Part shown: positions 49,242 to 52,611 of the stretch, piece after piece | Numbering within the stretch: the first letter of the stretch is position 1 | How the letters are laid out: each line of letters starts with the position of its first letter | Source of the DNA: a bacterium | GTDB taxonomy: Bacteria > Bdellovibrionota_C > UBA2361 > SZUA-149 | Direction of reading: 5' to 3' | Assembly (NCBI GenBank): GCA_030433295.1 | Contig: JAUIMJ010000002.1 | Coordinates: 1 to 52,611, forward strand | Length of the DNA: 52,611 nucleotides | Position numbers and translations under genes: made by a program | Notes under the pieces: generated by a model | Told to the model about the DNA's origin: nothing | What the model saw: the letters and a program-made list of their open reading frames with translations, nothing else | The model's database searches: none

Positions 49242-50060
49242 TTACTCGGAGCGGCGCTTAAGCTCGCTGCTGCCAACCAGCTCCACACCTGTGGATTTGA
49301 CCTGATACTGACTAACCCTCGCTTTGATGTTTCCGGGTGCTGAGTCATGGCACAGACGGACAGTCCCATAGACTCCAGGACCGACGAGACTATGAATATC
49401 AAAATCAAATCGACGATCCGACAAGACGACAGAGGGAACGTTATCAACCGGTGTGCTGTTATTTACTATATCCTGAAGCGTAATCGATATATTGGTTCCA
49501 TCTGAACCGCCAACAACTCCGCTCTGTTGCGTCTGGAGGTTAGAAACCTCAAGGAAATTATAGTCTGCAATACTGGTGTTAAATCCCCCGTATAGAGTCG
49601 TCTCGTCGCAACGAACCTCAACCAGCGGCGCGGAAGTCGCGCCACTTTGAAAGGTGATCACCGAACGGTGCAAGCCCGACTCTTCGGCAGTAAAACACAC
49701 ACGCTGGCTTGGATTACCTACCTTTTCATCGGTCTCCAGAGTTGGTTCCGTAGCTCCTCGATCTTTCGTCCTCAGGGTTTCAGCACTTGGTCCGGTGACC
49801 GTGGAAAGACGAGGCAGAAGACTGGTATCCTGCGCCAGTATTGAACAGCAGTAACAACGATCAGACATCGCCCAGAAAACAATGGCATCATCAGAGGCAG
49901 TCACGTTTGAAAGCACTCCAGAAACCTGGCTCGGCTCCTTATCAACGATGACTCTGAAATCCTCTGCGCTGGCAGAAGTAACAGACGCAAGCAGAATGAC
50001 TACTGACACTAACGACAGGCAAACAGTGTTGAAAGAACAAGGAACATTTCGAAAACTCAT
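49242..50060 (-). CDS. Hypothetical exported beta-rich protein
   Basis: Signal peptide (ASA-ED); six Cys in the mature part; ETTLYGGFNT segment; GGAG RBS before ATG 50060. The ORF is open to 50141. Confidence 0.7.
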   Translation of the reverse strand: MSFRNVPCSFNTVCLSLVSVVILLASVTSASAEDFRVIVDKEPSQVSGVLSNVTASDDAIVFWAMSDRCYCCSILAQDTSLLPRLSTVTGPSAETLRTKDRGATEPTLETDEKVGNPSQRVCFTAEESGLHRSVITFQSGATSAPLVEVRCDETTLYGGFNTSIADYNFLEVSNLQTQQSGVVGGSDGTNISITLQDIVNNSTPVDNVPSVVLSDRRFDFDIHSLVGPGVYGTVRLCHDSAPGNIKARVSQYQVKSTGVELVGSSELKRRSE

Positions 50061-50260
50061 CTCAGAAACTCCCATCTCATAAACTCCAGGTAATAAACAT
50101 TGATCCAGATGGCAGGCACAGCGCAAGCCACAAGGATCCAAAGGCTCTACATAGAAGCGCCCTCAGAACTCCGGCTGCCTGTTTTGCATACGGAGCATGC
50201 TAACACTGGTCTGATGGTGAAACAAACGGAAGGCCCGACACACAATCGGCTGGGGGAAGG

Positions 50261-50291
50261 GAAAGAGGCCAGAGGTGTATCCCTGGCCTCT
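50261..50291 (-). terminator. Probable terminator hairpin downstream of dps
   Basis: AGAGGCCAG/CTGGCCTCT 9-bp stem, followed by a short pyrimidine tract on the minus strand. Confidence 0.45.
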
Positions 50292-50302
50292 CTGCTGGGA
50301 TT

Positions 50303-50740
50303 TTACTCGAGGTAACTCTTTAGCATCCACACGGTTTTCTCATGCACCTGCATGCGAGCTATCATCATATCCTCTGTTTCAGAATCATTTGCCTCTCCGG
50401 CATGATCTCGCGCGGTCTTCAGGTCAGCCAGCAACTTTTCATTGGCCTTCACCAGATGCTTGACCATATCAACAGCAGGGGCGTTCTCGGCGATTTCCTC
50501 GATGCCGGCCATTTTCGCAAGATTCGAAAGACCACCCGGCGCCAATGCTCCCTTTGCCCGAATTCGCTCGGCGATTTCGTCTACCGCTGCAAACAGCTCA
50601 GTGTACTGTTCTTCAAACGCGGTATGCAGAGAGAAGAACGACGTCCCTCTGACATTCCAGTGGCAAATGTGTAATTGACCGATCAAAGCGTAGGTGTCTG
50701 CAACTACCTGTCGCAAAGAATCAACTACCGCATCACTCAT
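50303..50740 (-). CDS. dps: Dps family DNA-protection/ferritin-like protein
   Basis: HWNVRG..FFSLH..FEEQY, DEIAERI and HEK..WML motifs; GGAGG RBS. Confidence 0.96.
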   Translation of the reverse strand: MSDAVVDSLRQVVADTYALIGQLHICHWNVRGTSFFSLHTAFEEQYTELFAAVDEIAERIRAKGALAPGGLSNLAKMAGIEEIAENAPAVDMVKHLVKANEKLLADLKTARDHAGEANDSETEDMMIARMQVHEKTVWMLKSYLE

Positions 50741-50884
50741 TTTTTTCCTCCTGTTAAATCATTGTAAAAACAGCACATCGCCCCGCTAAAGACAGGACAA
50801 AGTAAACTACCGGAACGTATGTTGTATCATACAAGTTCCAGATTCAATAAATCCCGGATACGAAAGCTCAAGAAACATGGGTGT

Positions 50885-51508
50885 CTAGCCACAGAGCTCC
50901 GTGGAAAACGAATACCTGCTCCACGGGCTTTCGTCGCTCGTCTTCAACCAGACCTTAATTTCGTTCAAATCAAAATCGGCCCCGAAATTCATACTCAATC
51001 GCCAGAAGTCAAAACCAAGGCAAAAATCTTCGGCAAACTCATCCCAGGAATTGTACTCTCCCTGAATTCTTTGCGCGCTTCGCATAATCCAATCCCATGC
51101 AGCCCCCTTTTTGAGATACCCCGTAGTGTAGGACCAACGAGCCACCTGTATAAGGCGAGAGAGATCCCAGCCGATGATGTAATGTTCTTTGAGGCGAGCT
51201 ATATGTGAATCCAAAAAAGCATCGAACTGCACTATGTCAGTAGCTTTCCAGTCCTCCTTCCCGTACGAAGCGCAAATATCCCGGCAGTTCTCACTGTGTC
51301 CACAATCGTAAAGCCATCGAAGCATCTCGTCCGCCTTTCTCGCGTTTGAGACCCCCCAGCTTCCCGACAGTAATTTTCTGCTGCCTCGCCTGCCACTGTT
51401 ACAGCGAAGCTGCTCGAAGCCCTCATTGTTGTGAGCGGTGAGCAAACCTCCCGCTGCAAGGCCCCAGAGCTGAGATTCTGTCAGCACATCCGGTTTTGAG
51501 AACCACAT
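50885..51508 (-). CDS. DUF1266-like protein
   Basis: L..SWGV, WL...GH, GWDLSR....RW....GYL and SWDEF...F..G..FW motifs; GAGG RBS. Confidence 0.8.
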   Translation of the reverse strand: MWFSKPDVLTESQLWGLAAGGLLTAHNNEGFEQLRCNSGRRGSRKLLSGSWGVSNARKADEMLRWLYDCGHSENCRDICASYGKEDWKATDIVQFDAFLDSHIARLKEHYIIGWDLSRLIQVARWSYTTGYLKKGAAWDWIMRSAQRIQGEYNSWDEFAEDFCLGFDFWRLSMNFGADFDLNEIKVWLKTSDESPWSRYSFSTELCG

Positions 51509-51618
51509 AGATTCACCTCTCTACATGAACACTTGGAACACGCCTATTCAATTTCGGAAACTCTCTCGACGAGAAGAATACATCCGGGGAACCCGGGCGT
51601 TACGGTTCTCCGAAAGAT

Positions 51619-51772
51619 TTAAAACACAGAGCACGCGGAGCACGCAGAGGAGCTACTGAGGAAAAGCAGTCTTGCGCCAGCACGACTTAACGTAGGGAAC
51701 ACTGACCCAATCTCTGAATTAGTTAAAACACTGGTTCTCCTCTCTGTGTGCTCTGAGTGCTCTGTGTTTTAA
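51619..51772. repeat. 154-bp inverted-repeat (MITE/REP-like) element
   Basis: TTAAAACACAGAGCAC (51619-51634) is the exact reverse complement of 51757-51772. The arms extend to about 30 bp and are built from 9-bp CAGAGCAC-like units. Confidence 0.8.
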
Positions 51773-52146
51773 TCTCCCCCAGAACTATCGCCAGTCCGCG
51801 ACTTCGCTTCAGCTTGCATAACGATGCGTCCGAGATTTGCAGGCTCCGGACCTTTAGACTCAAAGGCAAGGCGTTTTACCTGATAGCCATCGCAGGCTAT
51901 CTGCAATTCAAAATCCCTACTCCATGGCGAAACCGTCCAGCCCTCTTCGAATGCTCCGGAAATTTCTCTCGGTCTGCTGTATTGATTATTGCGATCTGAC
52001 AGGGACGCACGACACTGTGCTGCGACATCGCCCTCGTCCAGTATCAGAACTCCCTGAACGCGTAAAAAAGCATCGCAGCCGAGCAAGACAAGAGTCATTG
52101 CACCCAAGGAAAAGGATAATAAATACTGCCTTCTCATCTCTGGCAT
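51769..52146 (-). CDS. Hypothetical lipoprotein
   Basis: LLGC lipobox; beta-rich mature part resembling a prealbumin/carboxypeptidase-regulatory-like fold. Confidence 0.6.
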   Translation of the reverse strand: MPEMRRQYLLSFSLGAMTLVLLGCDAFLRVQGVLILDEGDVAAQCRASLSDRNNQYSRPREISGAFEEGWTVSPWSRDFELQIACDGYQVKRLAFESKGPEPANLGRIVMQAEAKSRTGDSSGGD

Positions 52147-52427
52147 TTCTCCTCGCGCCTGGAATGCTACCTTACCATAGGGAAGCAGCCTTAACGTTTC
52201 TCAAAGGAAAATGAATCGATGAAGTATTGATATCAGCATTTGACTCCGGGAAAAACTGGATATTCTGCCTGAAGAAAGGTATCTTCAGTGGGTGCTTTTG
52301 TCTTACCTTCTCATTCTCGGATAGCGGTAATTTGGCCGAAAGCACACAAAAAGAAGAAGCGCGAATTAGACGCAACTACAGAAAGGTACCGGGCTTAGTA
52401 TGACCTGGTACCGAGCAAGAGACAACA

Positions 52428-52611
52428 ATGCCCTGCCCCTTTGCCCCATTAGTTGGGCTACTGCCCACACTACTTGCGATCCCCTATCTGGTGTCGGCGA
52501 GATTGCGTCGTATGCGAAAATTGACTCAGCAAAAGTTCGGCGACCTGGATATCCGCAAGGCAGAAGAAGAGAACGTCACGCTGAATACCTTTGGCTACCT
52601 GCGGGCACCGC
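52428..52611 (+). CDS. Possible CDS start running off the window end
   Basis: Frame open from ATG 52428 (or 52512) to the end: ...MRKLTQQKFGDLDIRKAEEENVTLNTFGYLRAP. Confidence 0.35.
   Translation, partial: MPCPFAPLVGLLPTLLAIPYLVSARLRRMRKLTQQKFGDLDIRKAEEENVTLNTFGYLRAP

Overview
A 52.6-kb stretch of gene-dense bacterial chromosome from a diderm, LPS-producing organism. The waaF/GT9/O-antigen ligase/wecB genes show the LPS; a delta-proteobacterial/Bdellovibrionota-like affiliation is only an impression from gene content. About 48 CDSs can be supported; I saw no rRNA, tRNA, CRISPR array, transposase, integrase or phage gene. Housekeeping genes include groES-groEL, a double-length four-ATPase-site UvrA coupled to a nitroreductase, waaF plus a second GT9, an O-antigen ligase, wecB plus a GT4, a menH-like hydrolase, a DjlA-like protein, dps and a DtxR/MntR regulator. 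Three poorly characterised envelope modules are the best candidates for new biology. (1) An SH3-like exported protein, an M48 lipoprotein protease and a CHASE2 adenylate cyclase form an operon (35771-39386). (2) A complete MoxR/DUF58/DUF4350/DUF4129/membrane cluster has RDD and SpoIIM fused into one convergent gene (41016-48044). (3) PspA is paired with a roughly 12-TM protein and has a duplicated 20-bp operator-like motif upstream. Non-coding signals include four DtxR-type boxes at an exact 20-bp period, a recurring TTTTAGGCACTTA motif in five divergent intergenic regions, sigma28-like promoters, and a 154-bp inverted-repeat element. All family calls come from motif recognition by eye; no searches were run.
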